Of a stretch of DNA of 64,000 nt, positions 47,805 to 59,366 are shown piece after piece. The stretch spans positions 672,001 to 736,000 of the forward strand of contig OY729416.1 in NCBI GenBank assembly GCA_963422265.1, written 5' to 3'. The translations under genes and the position numbers were made by a program. The notes beneath the pieces are model-generated. The model had not been told where the DNA came from and searched no databases. It saw only the letters and a list, made by a program, of their open reading frames with translations. This DNA is from Thermodesulfobacteriota bacterium (GTDB lineage: Bacteria; Desulfobacterota_D; UBA1144; Nemesobacterales; UBA2774). The number at the start of each line of letters is the position of its first letter. Within the stretch, counting starts at the first letter, position 1.

Positions 47805-48650
47805 ATGAAAGAATACGCGCATCCTGAAGTCTTGGTAAATACAGATTGGGCAGCAGCCCACGTTGACGATCCTAAGGTAAGGATTATAGAATCGGATGAG
47901 GACGTGCTTTTATACGACGTGGGACACATAGAAGGCGCCGTTAAAGTTGACTGGCAAACAGACCTTCAAGATCAGTTGATTAGGGATTACGTAAATAGAG
48001 ACAAATTTGAGAAGCTCATGTCTGAAAAGGGGATATCTAACGATACCACGGCCGTTTTTTATGGAGATAGAAACAATTGGTGGGCTTGTTACGCCTTTTG
48101 GGTATTTAAGTTGTTTGGACACGAGAAATGCCTTATAATAAACGGCGGAAGACAGAAATGGGTTGAAGAGGGACGCCCGCTCACAAAAGAGGTAAAAGAA
48201 TATCCCAAGACTGATTACCAAGTCTCGGGAACAGATGAATCCATACGCGCATTCAGGGATGACGTTACGGTGCATATGGGGTCTGGCAAACCATTGATAG
48301 ACGTTCGCTCTCCAAAAGAATACAGCGGAGAACTCCTACACATGGAGGCGTACCCACAGGAAGGCGCCCTCCGAGGCGGCCACATTCCCGGGGCTGCGAA
48401 CGTTCCATGGGCTACGGCTGCTAATGAGAACGGCACGTTTAAATCCGCTGACGAGCTTCGATCTATATATATGGAAAGTAAGGGGCTTAAAACTGACGAC
48501 GAAGTTATAGCTTATTGCAGGATTGGGGAGAGGTCATCTCACACCTGGTTTGTGCTGACGTATCTCTTGGGCTTTGAGAGAACAAGAAACTACGACGGTT
48601 CTTGGACGGAGTGGGGTAATCTTGTCAGGGTGCCTATAGAAAGACCTTAA
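47805..48650 (+). CDS. sseA: Tandem-rhodanese sulfurtransferase (SseA/CysA type)
   Basis: [48 protein letters not shown]. Confidence 0.9.
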   Translation: MKEYAHPEVLVNTDWAAAHVDDPKVRIIESDEDVLLYDVGHIEGAVKVDWQTDLQDQLIRDYVNRDKFEKLMSEKGISNDTTAVFYGDRNNWWACYAFWVFKLFGHEKCLIINGGRQKWVEEGRPLTKEVKEYPKTDYQVSGTDESIRAFRDDVTVHMGSGKPLIDVRSPKEYSGELLHMEAYPQEGALRGGHIPGAANVPWATAANENGTFKSADELRSIYMESKGLKTDDEVIAYCRIGERSSHTWFVLTYLLGFERTRNYDGSWTEWGNLVRVPIERP

Positions 48651-48671
48651 TTCACTAAAAACCAGCAACTA

Positions 48672-48702
48672 AAGGATGCGGCTCTCCCAAAGCGGCATCC
48701 TT
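48672..48702 (+). other. Intergenic stem-loop between sseA and sufE
   Basis: AAGGATGC...GCATCCTT inverted repeat; no clean U-tract. Confidence 0.45.
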
Positions 48703-48735
48703 CTAGGCTTTTAGCTAACCCCAATTACCACGTTA

Positions 48736-49161
48736 ATGAGTAGGATAAAAGATATAATAGAGGCGTTTCAGGAAGCCGATTATCAGGAGACGCTTGCAAT
48801 GCTTCTTGATTATTCAGAGGTACTACCTGAGATTCCGGATGAATACGTAGAGGCGCGGAACGCCGGTTATAACAGGGTGACAGAGTGCGAAACCCCTGTT
48901 TTTATATGGGTCGACGTGAAAGAGGGTAAAGTCAAAATTTATGCGGACGCCCCCGCGGAATCCCCAACGGTAAGGGGGTTCGTATCCCTCTTGGTTGACG
49001 CATTTGACGGCGCCACCCCAAAAGAGATAGAAGACGCCCCGTCATATCTCATAAATAGTCTCGGCTTGGACCGCAAGCTAGGCACAAGACGCATGTTTGG
49101 ATTGAGCGCTGTGTATAATCGTATTAAAAACGACGTGAAGCACGCAACGCAAATGAGCTAA
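48736..49161 (+). CDS. sufE: SufE family sulfur acceptor
   Basis: RVTECETPVF (conserved Cys), ADAPAESPTVRGF, LGL...L..RR..G. Confidence 0.88.
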   Translation: MSRIKDIIEAFQEADYQETLAMLLDYSEVLPEIPDEYVEARNAGYNRVTECETPVFIWVDVKEGKVKIYADAPAESPTVRGFVSLLVDAFDGATPKEIEDAPSYLINSLGLDRKLGTRRMFGLSAVYNRIKNDVKHATQMS

Positions 49162-49170
49162 ATAACCTGA

Positions 49171-49641
49171 TCACTCATCGGTCTTTACTACGTACATCTT
49201 TGGGTTCTGGAGTCTTACCGCTTGCAGTCTTTGCTGTATAATGTGAGCGAATCGTTTTAATAATTCGTAGCCCAGATCGTGATCCTCTTCGCATTTTGCG
49301 CGGATAAAAACCCCATCTAATGAAATCGCTTTTATAGGTGCTACGGCTCTAGCATCAAAATGCCACGTGTAAGGTGGGAATAACCATGACCATCCAAGCG
49401 TGTCATCTTCACCTATCATTTGGATTGTTATAGGATCCCTATCTGGATCAAGCCTCGCTTGTAGGGCTACTATGCCTTCCTGAATAATATAAAAATTTTC
49501 AGCCTTATCGCTCTCTTGAAAAATCACATCTCCCTGGTTAAAACTCACGTTTGACGCCTTTTTAGCTATCATGTCTATATACCTTTGCTCAAGCCCTTTG
49601 AAGCAGTGGTGACATGCGAGAATTGACACTAGCGCATTCAT
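49171..49641 (-). CDS. Stand-alone cyclic-nucleotide-binding domain protein
   Basis: IFQE.D.A..FYII..G.V, LGWSWLFPPY.WHFDARA; no HTH. Confidence 0.85.
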   Translation of the reverse strand: MNALVSILACHHCFKGLEQRYIDMIAKKASNVSFNQGDVIFQESDKAENFYIIQEGIVALQARLDPDRDPITIQMIGEDDTLGWSWLFPPYTWHFDARAVAPIKAISLDGVFIRAKCEEDHDLGYELLKRFAHIIQQRLQAVRLQNPKMYVVKTDE

Positions 49642-49643
49642 TA

Positions 49644-49715
49644 TTATTGTCTCCTCATCATTATTGTCTCCTCATCATTGTCTCTCATTTATTATCTATC
49701 AATCATTGTCTGCTC
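49644..49715. repeat. 17-bp tandem repeat plus degenerate copies, covering the RBS of the cNMP gene
   Basis: TTATTGTCTCCTCATCA at 49644-49660 and 49661-49677; partial copies near 49678 and 49704. Confidence 0.85.
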
Positions 49716-49772
49716 AGCCACGTGGTTACTTATGAACATATTATATCATCTCCCTCATCTTATGTTCACTAT

Positions 49773-50876
49773 TCAATTCCTTATCTGAAAAAGCATGCCT
49801 GGTAGCTTTCTAATATAACCATTTAACTCAAGGGATAGTAGGGTTGAAAGCACGATTGAAGAATCAGTTCCAGAGAGCTTTATAATATTATCAACGTGCA
49901 AGGGTTCTGCTTTTAATACGGAATATATCGCTTTTTCTCTACCTGAAAGCAAAGAAATCGTATCTTCCCTTGCTTCAGGTTTGCTCTTACGGTGCAGGGC
50001 ATTCAACTGCTCGACTTCACCTAAAACGTCGTCGACTGTCTCAACTAACTTAGCGCCCTTTTTTATAAGCCAGTTAGTTCCTCTACTTAGGTGTTTACCT
50101 ATGTTTCCCGGCACCGCAAACACCTCTTTGTTCTGATCAAGAGCAAAGGACGCGCTTATAAGTGAGCCGCTCTTTGCCGAAGCCTGAACAACTATGACGC
50201 CTAACGAAAGACCGCTTATAATCCTGTTTCTCTGTGGAAAGTTGTGCGCATGAGGTTCTGTGCCTAATGAAAACTCCGAAATGATAGCGCCGTTTTCTGA
50301 AATAGCCTTATAAAGCCTTCTATTTTCTGGAGGGTAGACAACGTCAATACCCGACCCCATTACGCCTATTGTGCGCCCTCCCCTTTTAATTGTTTCTGAA
50401 TGAGCAATGGAATCAACCCCGCGTGCCATACCACTAACTATAGTAATGCCCAAAGCCCCAAGCTCACCTGCTAGAGTTTCCGTGACCTGCCTTCCATATC
50501 TATCAGGAGTTCTTGTCCCCACTATGGCTATAGATATTTCATCCCTTGGGATTATAACCCCTTTCTCATACAGAAAAGGGGGGGGATTATATATACGTTT
50601 AAGGCTTCTAGGATATTCCGGATCATTAAGAGTGAGTAGCTTAAACCCATATCTGTCAATTTTACTTATTTCCCTCTCTACCCTACTCCACCCCTTAAAA
50701 TTCTTAATCGCTTGGACATTCCTCTCTCCTATTCCCTCTACCTTTATCAGCTCTTTGGGCTCGGCTTCGAATATATCTTTAGCATTGTTAAATTTTGAGT
50801 ATAAGTTCTTAGTAAGTACCTCTCCTATCCCATTTACCATGCTAAGAGCTATCCAATACTTCATCTCGCTTCTCAT
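49773..50876 (-). CDS. dprA: DNA-processing protein DprA
   Basis: IAIVGTR, IVSGMARGVDSIAH, NFPQRNRIISGLS, KSGSLISA, FAVPG. Confidence 0.96.
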   Translation of the reverse strand: MRSEMKYWIALSMVNGIGEVLTKNLYSKFNNAKDIFEAEPKELIKVEGIGERNVQAIKNFKGWSRVEREISKIDRYGFKLLTLNDPEYPRSLKRIYNPPPFLYEKGVIIPRDEISIAIVGTRTPDRYGRQVTETLAGELGALGITIVSGMARGVDSIAHSETIKRGGRTIGVMGSGIDVVYPPENRRLYKAISENGAIISEFSLGTEPHAHNFPQRNRIISGLSLGVIVVQASAKSGSLISASFALDQNKEVFAVPGNIGKHLSRGTNWLIKKGAKLVETVDDVLGEVEQLNALHRKSKPEAREDTISLLSGREKAIYSVLKAEPLHVDNIIKLSGTDSSIVLSTLLSLELNGYIRKLPGMLFQIRN

Positions 50877-50954
50877 TCTAATTTTTAGCGCTTTAATTTA
50901 ATACTCTCAGACAAACCTGACGCCCTAGACGCACCAGTTATAATCTAACCTAAT

Positions 50955-51401
50955 ATGAATGAAAAAGAACACTTACAACCTAGCTTCTTTATAGATAAAA
51001 ATGGGAATTGGTTTCAGAACGGCGTCAAGATTCGGCATAGGCTGACTTACCTTTACAATAACAGGCTCCTTAGGCGCGACGGGGAAACGAGGTACTTCAT
51101 TCAAGAAGGGGCGTTAAAGCTCTACGTAGAAGTAGAGGACACACCATTTGTCGTGAAGATGGTATATAAAAAGGACGAGGACTACTTACTAATTCTAAAT
51201 GATGAAACGGAGGAAAAACTCGACTTTAGCACCCTCAAGATAGACAGCAAAAACGTTCCCCACGTTCGAGTTAAAAATTATGAATTTCCCGCAAGGTTTT
51301 CAAGACCTGCTTACTATGAGCTTATGAAACACGCAAAGAAAGAGAGAAATGATTATTATATTGAATCAAAAGGAGTAAGACACGTCTTAAAAAAGTCTTA
51401 G
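50955..51401 (+). CDS. DUF1285-like protein
   Basis: IDKNGNWF..G..I.H, VEVEDTPFVV, ARFSRPAYY. Confidence 0.7.
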   Translation: MNEKEHLQPSFFIDKNGNWFQNGVKIRHRLTYLYNNRLLRRDGETRYFIQEGALKLYVEVEDTPFVVKMVYKKDEDYLLILNDETEEKLDFSTLKIDSKNVPHVRVKNYEFPARFSRPAYYELMKHAKKERNDYYIESKGVRHVLKKS

Positions 51402-52555
51402 TTAAATGCGTCCACCAGCCTCAATATAATTTCATCCGCTAGTAGGTTTCCTTTTTTTGTTAGCCTGAGTTTGTTTCTGGAAGATTCAATAAAACCACCG
51501 TCTAGCAAATCCTCAAGAATATCTACTTGAGGAGACGCTCTATACCTTGAACAGAGTTCTAAAGCATCTAAACCCTCTTTTAGTCTGAGACCCATTAACA
51601 AGCGATCTTCAAACGAGTGACCTCTACTAAGAGCTTCGGTAAATTCTATAGGCTTTTGAGAATTCCTGACAGACTTCATATAAAGCGAGGGATTTTTCAG
51701 GTCTGCCCATCTGCTGCCCCATTCGGAATCACGAGTTTGAGAAAAATGCGAATGCGCACCCGCGCCAATTCCAAGATAGTCGCCGCACCTCCAATAAAGC
51801 AGGTTATGCTCACACTCATAGCCTGCTCTGGCATAGTTCGAGATTTCATACTGTTCGTAACCCTTACCACCTAGAAATTCCATCGTAAAAGCTATCAATT
51901 CTGATAATGCATCCTCATCAGGAAGGTTCAGTTTGCCGAGCTTGCGCAGCGTGCCAAACGCTGTTCCATTCTCTACCGTAAGGCAGTACGCGGAGACGTG
52001 TTGAGCGCCAAAGCCTACGGCGTGAGTTAGGTCTTCTTTTAACTCGGATAAGGTCTCACCCTTAACCCCATACATAATATCGAGACTAAAGTTATCAAAA
52101 CCCGCCCTAACTAAGTCTTTTAGCATTCTCCTACTATCTTCCGGGCTATTTATTCTTTCTAAAAAAGAAAGTTTTCTTTGTGAAAAAGATTGTACCCCAA
52201 CGCTTATTCTATTTATCCCTACATCACGGAGCGCCTTGAGTTTGCTTAAATCCGCCGTCTTAGGATTCGCTTCTAAAGTAACCTCCACGTCCCTATGGGG
52301 TAACGTTATTTCGTAAATTCCAGAAAGGATTTTTTCTATACTCTCAGGGTTAAAGAGCGACGGCGTGCCTCCTCCAAAAAACACCGAAGTCAACTTTGAA
52401 CCCTTTAACTCCTCGCTATAAAATCTGAGTTCCTTAAGTAAAGCATTCGTGTATTCTCTCTCTGGAAAACGGTCACCCACCGCATAAGAGTTAAAATCAC
52501 AGTAGGGACATTTGGTCACGCAATAAGGAATATGCACGTACACACCTAAAGCCAC
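51398..52555 (-). CDS. hemW: Radical SAM family heme chaperone HemW
   Basis: YVHIPYCVTKCPYCDFNS, FFGGGTPS, YEISNY, HNLLYW. Confidence 0.9.
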   Translation of the reverse strand: MALGVYVHIPYCVTKCPYCDFNSYAVGDRFPEREYTNALLKELRFYSEELKGSKLTSVFFGGGTPSLFNPESIEKILSGIYEITLPHRDVEVTLEANPKTADLSKLKALRDVGINRISVGVQSFSQRKLSFLERINSPEDSRRMLKDLVRAGFDNFSLDIMYGVKGETLSELKEDLTHAVGFGAQHVSAYCLTVENGTAFGTLRKLGKLNLPDEDALSELIAFTMEFLGGKGYEQYEISNYARAGYECEHNLLYWRCGDYLGIGAGAHSHFSQTRDSEWGSRWADLKNPSLYMKSVRNSQKPIEFTEALSRGHSFEDRLLMGLRLKEGLDALELCSRYRASPQVDILEDLLDGGFIESSRNKLRLTKKGNLLADEIILRLVDAFN

Positions 52556-52640
52556 ACCACTATACTACGGTGATTATATAAGTGTTGCAACGGATTTGTT
52601 TTAGAGTGATACTTATTACTTAACTATTACACGCTTAAGC

Positions 52641-53882
52641 ATGAAAATCATACGCACAATTTTGCCCATAGTCCTATGTTTTCTCACAGCAGTAAGTTTC
52701 GCTTCAGCCAACGGGAAAACTGTGCTTACGATTGATGAAGCCGTTAGAATCGCACTAGATAACAATCCAAAAATCACAGTATCGGATAACGAGATCGAGA
52801 TACGCAAAGCCGACTTGAAAAGCGCAAGATCGCAGTATTACCCCCAGATTAGCTCGAGGGTCGTAGTCCCATTCATTGAAAGCGAGTCGGGCTTTTTTCT
52901 CGACCAAATCATATGGGACTTTGGCCAGACGTCCAGCAGAGTAAAATCGAGCAAGGCAATGTTGGAATCCTCTAAATACGATAAAAAAACAACGGAAGAC
53001 GACTTAATTCTCGAGGTTAAAACAAACTACTACGCAGTTCTCGCGCATCAGCACTTAGTCGAAGCTTGCAGAAAAAAGGTAAAAGAATATGAGAAACGCA
53101 CCGAGCGAGCTCAGGAGTTTTTCAAATACGGCAAAATATCCCAAAACGACCTTACTAAAGCCGAAGTAAGCTTAGAGAATACAAAACTAGAACTGATTAG
53201 CACCCAAAACAATCTTGAGATATCTAAGATAAATCTGCTAACGGTTATGGGAGTAAAAAGCGACTTTAATTACAGACTCACGGATAGCGAAAGCATTACT
53301 CCTATACTAATTGAAATTGACGATGCAATGGAGCAAGCTATAAGCAACCATCCTGAAATAAAAAGCCTCAAAGCGAAAGAAGCATCTATGAGGGCTAATT
53401 TGAAAGCGGCAAAAAGAGAATTCTATCCCCTTATCGTAGGGAGAGCGGCTTATAGATTTGAAGGAGAAGGAGCCGAAACCCCGGGGCTCATAGCAGGCGT
53501 AGGAATTAAGTTTCCTTTATTCAAGGGCTTTTCCCGATTTGCCGAGCTTGAGAAGGCAAAAGGCAATATAGGAAGGGTTAAAGCGGAGCTTGAATCCGCC
53601 AAAGCGGACATTACGGCGGAAATAAAGAAAATACACCTTGATCTCAAATTTGCAGAACAAAAAATTATATCTACAAAAAAAGCTAAAATTTCGGCTGAGA
53701 CAAGCCTCCTTCTTGCAAAAGAGAGATATAGGCTCAAGAGAGCTTCGGAAGTTGAACTCGCCGAGGCGGAGCAGCTCTACGCGTCAACCAACGCATCATA
53801 CAAGCAGTCAATTTATAATTATAACGTTATAGGTGCTAGACTAAGCCTCTCTTTGGGAGAACCGAATGAATCTTACAAATAA
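52641..53882 (+). CDS. TolC family outer membrane efflux protein
   Basis: Signal peptide; LTIDEAVRIALDNNP; two OEP repeats. Confidence 0.88.
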   Translation: MKIIRTILPIVLCFLTAVSFASANGKTVLTIDEAVRIALDNNPKITVSDNEIEIRKADLKSARSQYYPQISSRVVVPFIESESGFFLDQIIWDFGQTSSRVKSSKAMLESSKYDKKTTEDDLILEVKTNYYAVLAHQHLVEACRKKVKEYEKRTERAQEFFKYGKISQNDLTKAEVSLENTKLELISTQNNLEISKINLLTVMGVKSDFNYRLTDSESITPILIEIDDAMEQAISNHPEIKSLKAKEASMRANLKAAKREFYPLIVGRAAYRFEGEGAETPGLIAGVGIKFPLFKGFSRFAELEKAKGNIGRVKAELESAKADITAEIKKIHLDLKFAEQKIISTKKAKISAETSLLLAKERYRLKRASEVELAEAEQLYASTNASYKQSIYNYNVIGARLSLSLGEPNESYK

Positions 53883-55014
53883 AAAAATAATCGGGGTCGT
53901 TGCGCTAGGCGTCATCATAATACTTTCCCTTACTACTTCTGGGGTGTTTAACAATGATAGCTCGGCGCTGATCTATAAAACCGCAAAGGTAGATAGAAAC
54001 GATATAATTTCACATATTGCAGCTACGGGAACACTATCTCCAACAATTACCATGGAGATTAACGCCCACGCAACTGGGACCATTAGCAATATTTACGTGG
54101 ACTACAACTCACACGTCAAAAAAAATGACCCCTTGGCTGAAATAGATACCATTTCCCTAAAAACAGAGCTAAAACGCGCCCGAGCGGACCATAGAAAATC
54201 CAAAGCGGAGCTAAACATTGCAAGCTCGGTATTGAAAGCAAATCAGGAGCTTTACAATAAGAGATTGATATCCAAAGAAGAGTTAGATGATTCCAAGGGG
54301 AAGTACTCATCGTCGCTCGCAGCCCTTGAGCAATCGGAAGTCGTTCTTGAAATAGCGAAGGCTAATCTTGATAATTCTGTAATTCGTTCGCCGATTGATG
54401 GATTTGTGCTTTCTAAAAACGTGAATTTGGGAGAAAGGGTTATTACAAACTCAAAAACGCTTTTTCTTATTGTGGGAGACATGGCGACAATGAAAGTGAA
54501 CGCAAAAGTGAACGAGTCGGATATAGGAAAGGTTGAAAAAGGACAAAAGGCATTCTTTACCGTTGATGCTTACCCAAACCAAACCTTTGAAAGCGCCATC
54601 TCTCAGATAATGAACGAGCCCATAGTTAATGATAACGTTGTAGGTTATGAAGTAACAGCGCTTGCCAACAACGAAAATTTTAAGCTCAAGTCAGGTATGA
54701 CTGCTGAAGTAAGAATAGTCGTGGCTAACAAACAAGCCGTACTCAGAGTTCCTACCGCTTCTATAAGATTCATTCCTCCACCTTCCGCAAACGTAAAAGA
54801 CAAGCTCAAAGACACGTCTTCCTGGGTGGTTTGGATTCCCTCTGGAAATGAACAGATCTCGGCAATCCCCGTTAAGATCGGCGTAAGCGACGACCGTCAC
54901 ACCGAGATTATAGAAGGAAACATTAAAGAAGGGCAGGAGGTAATCGTGGAAGCATTGTCTAAAAATAACCCCAGTAATGACTCATCCTACCTCCCACAAC
55001 CCAGGAGATTTTAG
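53866..55014 (+). CDS. Periplasmic adaptor (MFP, MacA-like)
   Basis: N-terminal TM, ATGTL, VDYNSHVKK, IRSPIDG, VNESDIG, FTVDAYP, LKSGMTA. Confidence 0.9.
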   Translation: MNLTNKKIIGVVALGVIIILSLTTSGVFNNDSSALIYKTAKVDRNDIISHIAATGTLSPTITMEINAHATGTISNIYVDYNSHVKKNDPLAEIDTISLKTELKRARADHRKSKAELNIASSVLKANQELYNKRLISKEELDDSKGKYSSSLAALEQSEVVLEIAKANLDNSVIRSPIDGFVLSKNVNLGERVITNSKTLFLIVGDMATMKVNAKVNESDIGKVEKGQKAFFTVDAYPNQTFESAISQIMNEPIVNDNVVGYEVTALANNENFKLKSGMTAEVRIVVANKQAVLRVPTASIRFIPPPSANVKDKLKDTSSWVVWIPSGNEQISAIPVKIGVSDDRHTEIIEGNIKEGQEVIVEALSKNNPSNDSSYLPQPRRF

Positions 55015-55017
55015 CGA

Positions 55018-55707
55018 TTGAGCACCAACAAAGTTATATCAGTCAAAAATATTCATAAGACATATAAACTGGGAGACGTTGAAGTGCACGCCCTAAGGGG
55101 CGTCTCGCTTGACGTTAAGGAGGGAGAGTTTTTATCAATTATGGGTGCGTCAGGATCAGGCAAAAGCACGCTGATGAATATCATAGGATGCCTAGACAAA
55201 CCGACCAGCGGCGCCTACGTTCTTGACGGGAGTGAAACTTCTAAGTTAAGCAAAAACGAACTAGCATCAATCAGGAATAAGAAAATAGGCTTTGTATTTC
55301 AAAGCTTTAATCTCTTGGCTAGGACCAGTGCAGTGGCTAACGTAGAGCTGCCGCTGATTTATAATAATAAAAAAGGTCAGGACAGGGCGAAGCTGGCAAA
55401 CGAAGCCTTAACAAGGCTCGGACTTAAAGGACGCGAGAACCATTTTCCATCCCAGCTATCTGGGGGACAACAGCAGCGGGTTGCTATAGCGAGAGCTATC
55501 GTCAATAATCCAAGCATAATATTGGCTGACGAGCCTACGGGTAATCTTGACACGGCTACGAGTAAAGAAATAATAGAAGTCTTTAAGGGCTTAAATAAGC
55601 GAGGTAAAACAATTATCATGATCACTCACGAGCAGGATATTGCTGAAAACGCAGAGAGAGTAATAGTATTCAAAGACGGTCGGATAATAGAGGAAAGAGC
55701 GTCTTAG
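55018..55707 (+). CDS. ABC transporter ATP-binding protein (MacB/LolD type)
   Basis: [44 protein letters not shown]; 229 aa with no TM part. Confidence 0.93.
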   Translation: MSTNKVISVKNIHKTYKLGDVEVHALRGVSLDVKEGEFLSIMGASGSGKSTLMNIIGCLDKPTSGAYVLDGSETSKLSKNELASIRNKKIGFVFQSFNLLARTSAVANVELPLIYNNKKGQDRAKLANEALTRLGLKGRENHFPSQLSGGQQQRVAIARAIVNNPSIILADEPTGNLDTATSKEIIEVFKGLNKRGKTIIMITHEQDIAENAERVIVFKDGRIIEERAS

Positions 55708-55792
55708 TAAGTCTGGAATTGTATAGCGCGTCTCTATTTATTATTGTTGGCTTTTCTGGTGTCTCGTTGCGGTTGGTGAGTTCCCTCCGCTT

Positions 55793-55820
55793 TCTGGATT
55801 CCTGCTCGGAGGCAGGAATG
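55793..55820 (+). repeat. Short palindromic repeat
   Basis: TCTGG-ATTCCTGC-TCGGAG-GCAGGAAT-G, perfect 8-bp stem. Confidence 0.75.
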
Positions 55821-55976
55821 GGAAATACACCCCTTCTTGCGCTTCCATATTGAGCTATATTTCTCACAAGCAAATGAGGATTGAGAAATAACATCTTTCC
55901 CTATTCCACACCATTACTTCACCATTACCTGCTTAAAACTCTCGACACCAAATGGCATGGTTTAACAAGTAATCCT

Positions 55977-57776
55977 CTAATAAAATATATGGACGGAACC
56001 ATTGCTAACTACTCCAAAATCATCAACCCAATCCCCATTGACGTCGCCCAGATTCCGGACGGTTTTTCCAAAACCATTCCCAACAACACCGTTACCTTCA
56101 ACAACCATCCCAAATTCTTTACCGTTTTTCTTAATCAATCCGTCTGTCACCTTAGCGTCAACGTTCTTGGGTAAATCTTTCTGACCGAAGAACAAGAATA
56201 CTTTTTTACTGCCGGGGGCACCCACGGCGAAACCGGCGTTGGTAGCCATATGCCTTGTATTCAACGACCTCGCAGTCATATCATCTTTATTAGGGGCGAG
56301 GTAAGGAATGACGCTCACGGAACTCCCAAACCTACTGCCGGTCTCGGGATCGACAAACTTAGATTTGTGACTGAGATTGGAAAGTCTATCTCCCTCCAAG
56401 GCAGATTTGATATCCCACCCAGAGTATAGAAATACAGCCCCAGCCCCTGGAGCACCTACTATTACGTCAGGAGCTCCCTGGTCATCTCTATCTATATCAG
56501 CATCAACGCCTCCTGATATGCTAAAACCAAATTCTCCCACTTGATCGCCGCTCAATACGACAACTCCCAATTCCTTATTAGAAATGTCAGGCATGTCTTT
56601 TCCTTCAAGAGAACCATCTCCGAATATTACGTAAGCCTTGTTGGATCCGGGCGCTCCTACGCCAAGCTCATTGTTACCATCTCGGTCAATATCCCCTAGA
56701 AGCGCTATGCTATGTCCAAAACGGCTATCCACCGCCGCATTGTCGTCGCTAAAACTGGCTTTAGGCTGGCCAGATGTGCCCTCAAACACGTAAACCTTGC
56801 TAACACCAGGAGCTCCTACAACAAACACGCCCGATCCACCTATTACACCTCTACCGCTACTTAAAGAAGAGCCAAAGCTGCCTCCTTCCTCTTCTATTTC
56901 AATCTTCTCGGTTTCTTGATCCTTCACATCGATTGTTATCGTATCTTTGCTTTCATCACTCGACCAAGATCTGTTTCCAAACACAACGAACACTTTACCT
57001 TTACCATCATCAAACCCTGGCGCCCCTATAATAAGCTCATCGGCTGAGTCTCCGCTAAAACTCGGGAGACCCTGAAGTGAAGCCCCAAACTGAATACCCT
57101 TCTCTCCACTGATAGTTACGTCAGCCTTAGATAAATCAATATTCGTTTCTTCTCTCCCGAAAAATATATACACTTTCCCCAAGCACGGATCACCTATCGC
57201 AACGTCGTTTAAGTTGTCCCCGTTAAAATTGCCAGCCGCAACGGATTTGGATTTATCAGGACAATCAGCTTGCTGTTCACTTTGGTATTTCACCGAAAGC
57301 AAAGGAGTCTCAACTTTTTTTATTCTAGCAGGGTTGGAGCGGTTGCCCACTTCATCCATAGCTGCGACGCCGAAGAAGAAACCTTTCTTACCTGTAACGT
57401 CTAGCCTCGGAATCAAAAAGCTCTCTTCCTCTCCCGCTGGCTTGGGGCTCTGCAGGTTAGGCATTAAAGTCGCTTTTGAGAAATTATCCCGCAAAATGTC
57501 TTGCGTATTAGTATTTTCTACATCAACTGCATCATCAGAAGACGAGATTTCCCTCGCCTTTTCATCAACGAAGAACCTCACAAAATATTCAGTAGCCCTA
57601 CCCTTAGATCCATCGTCTCCAGGAGCCGTCCATTTAAGACTTCTGGTAGAGCTGTCCCACTCGGGGTCTATAGCCCCAGGGTCATCGGCGTCGCCTACCG
57701 CACACGAGGCAATTGACAATGATAACAATATAATAATAAAACGATACAAGCACTTAAAACTCAGAACTGAATTCAT
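55977..57776 (-). CDS. Lipoprotein with FN3-like domain and FG-GAP (integrin-alpha-like) beta-propeller
   Basis: Lipobox IASC; LKWTAPGDDG..G.A..Y..R and DEVGNRS; repeated FG.S...GD.DGD...IGAP. Confidence 0.85.
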   Translation of the reverse strand: MNSVLSFKCLYRFIIILLSLSIASCAVGDADDPGAIDPEWDSSTRSLKWTAPGDDGSKGRATEYFVRFFVDEKAREISSSDDAVDVENTNTQDILRDNFSKATLMPNLQSPKPAGEEESFLIPRLDVTGKKGFFFGVAAMDEVGNRSNPARIKKVETPLLSVKYQSEQQADCPDKSKSVAAGNFNGDNLNDVAIGDPCLGKVYIFFGREETNIDLSKADVTISGEKGIQFGASLQGLPSFSGDSADELIIGAPGFDDGKGKVFVVFGNRSWSSDESKDTITIDVKDQETEKIEIEEEGGSFGSSLSSGRGVIGGSGVFVVGAPGVSKVYVFEGTSGQPKASFSDDNAAVDSRFGHSIALLGDIDRDGNNELGVGAPGSNKAYVIFGDGSLEGKDMPDISNKELGVVVLSGDQVGEFGFSISGGVDADIDRDDQGAPDVIVGAPGAGAVFLYSGWDIKSALEGDRLSNLSHKSKFVDPETGSRFGSSVSVIPYLAPNKDDMTARSLNTRHMATNAGFAVGAPGSKKVFLFFGQKDLPKNVDAKVTDGLIKKNGKEFGMVVEGNGVVGNGFGKTVRNLGDVNGDWVDDFGVVSNGSVHIFY

Positions 57777-58013
57777 ATAAGTTGTCCTTTATTGTTTGAG
57801 AATGTTGATACTTTACCGAACAAGAACCAGTTTTCCAACAAAGAGAATTTAATAATTAAAGAGTAGCTCTGTTCTATTCACCAACAACTTGCCGAAAGGA
57901 TGGGAAAGATAAGGAAGGGTTCTCCTCATTCCCCAATACTACTCATTTGATAGACTTCAACCGATATGGTAATTTCTCTAAGTTGATGAAGATACTTTAG
58001 GGAGAAAATCTAG

Positions 58014-59288
<1,275 letters not shown>

Positions 59289-59366
59289 TTGAGAGGGAAT
59301 GACGTGTATTCTCTATGAGTGTAGATACTCAGATTATAGAGATATTCAAATTTAAGGACAAAAGCT

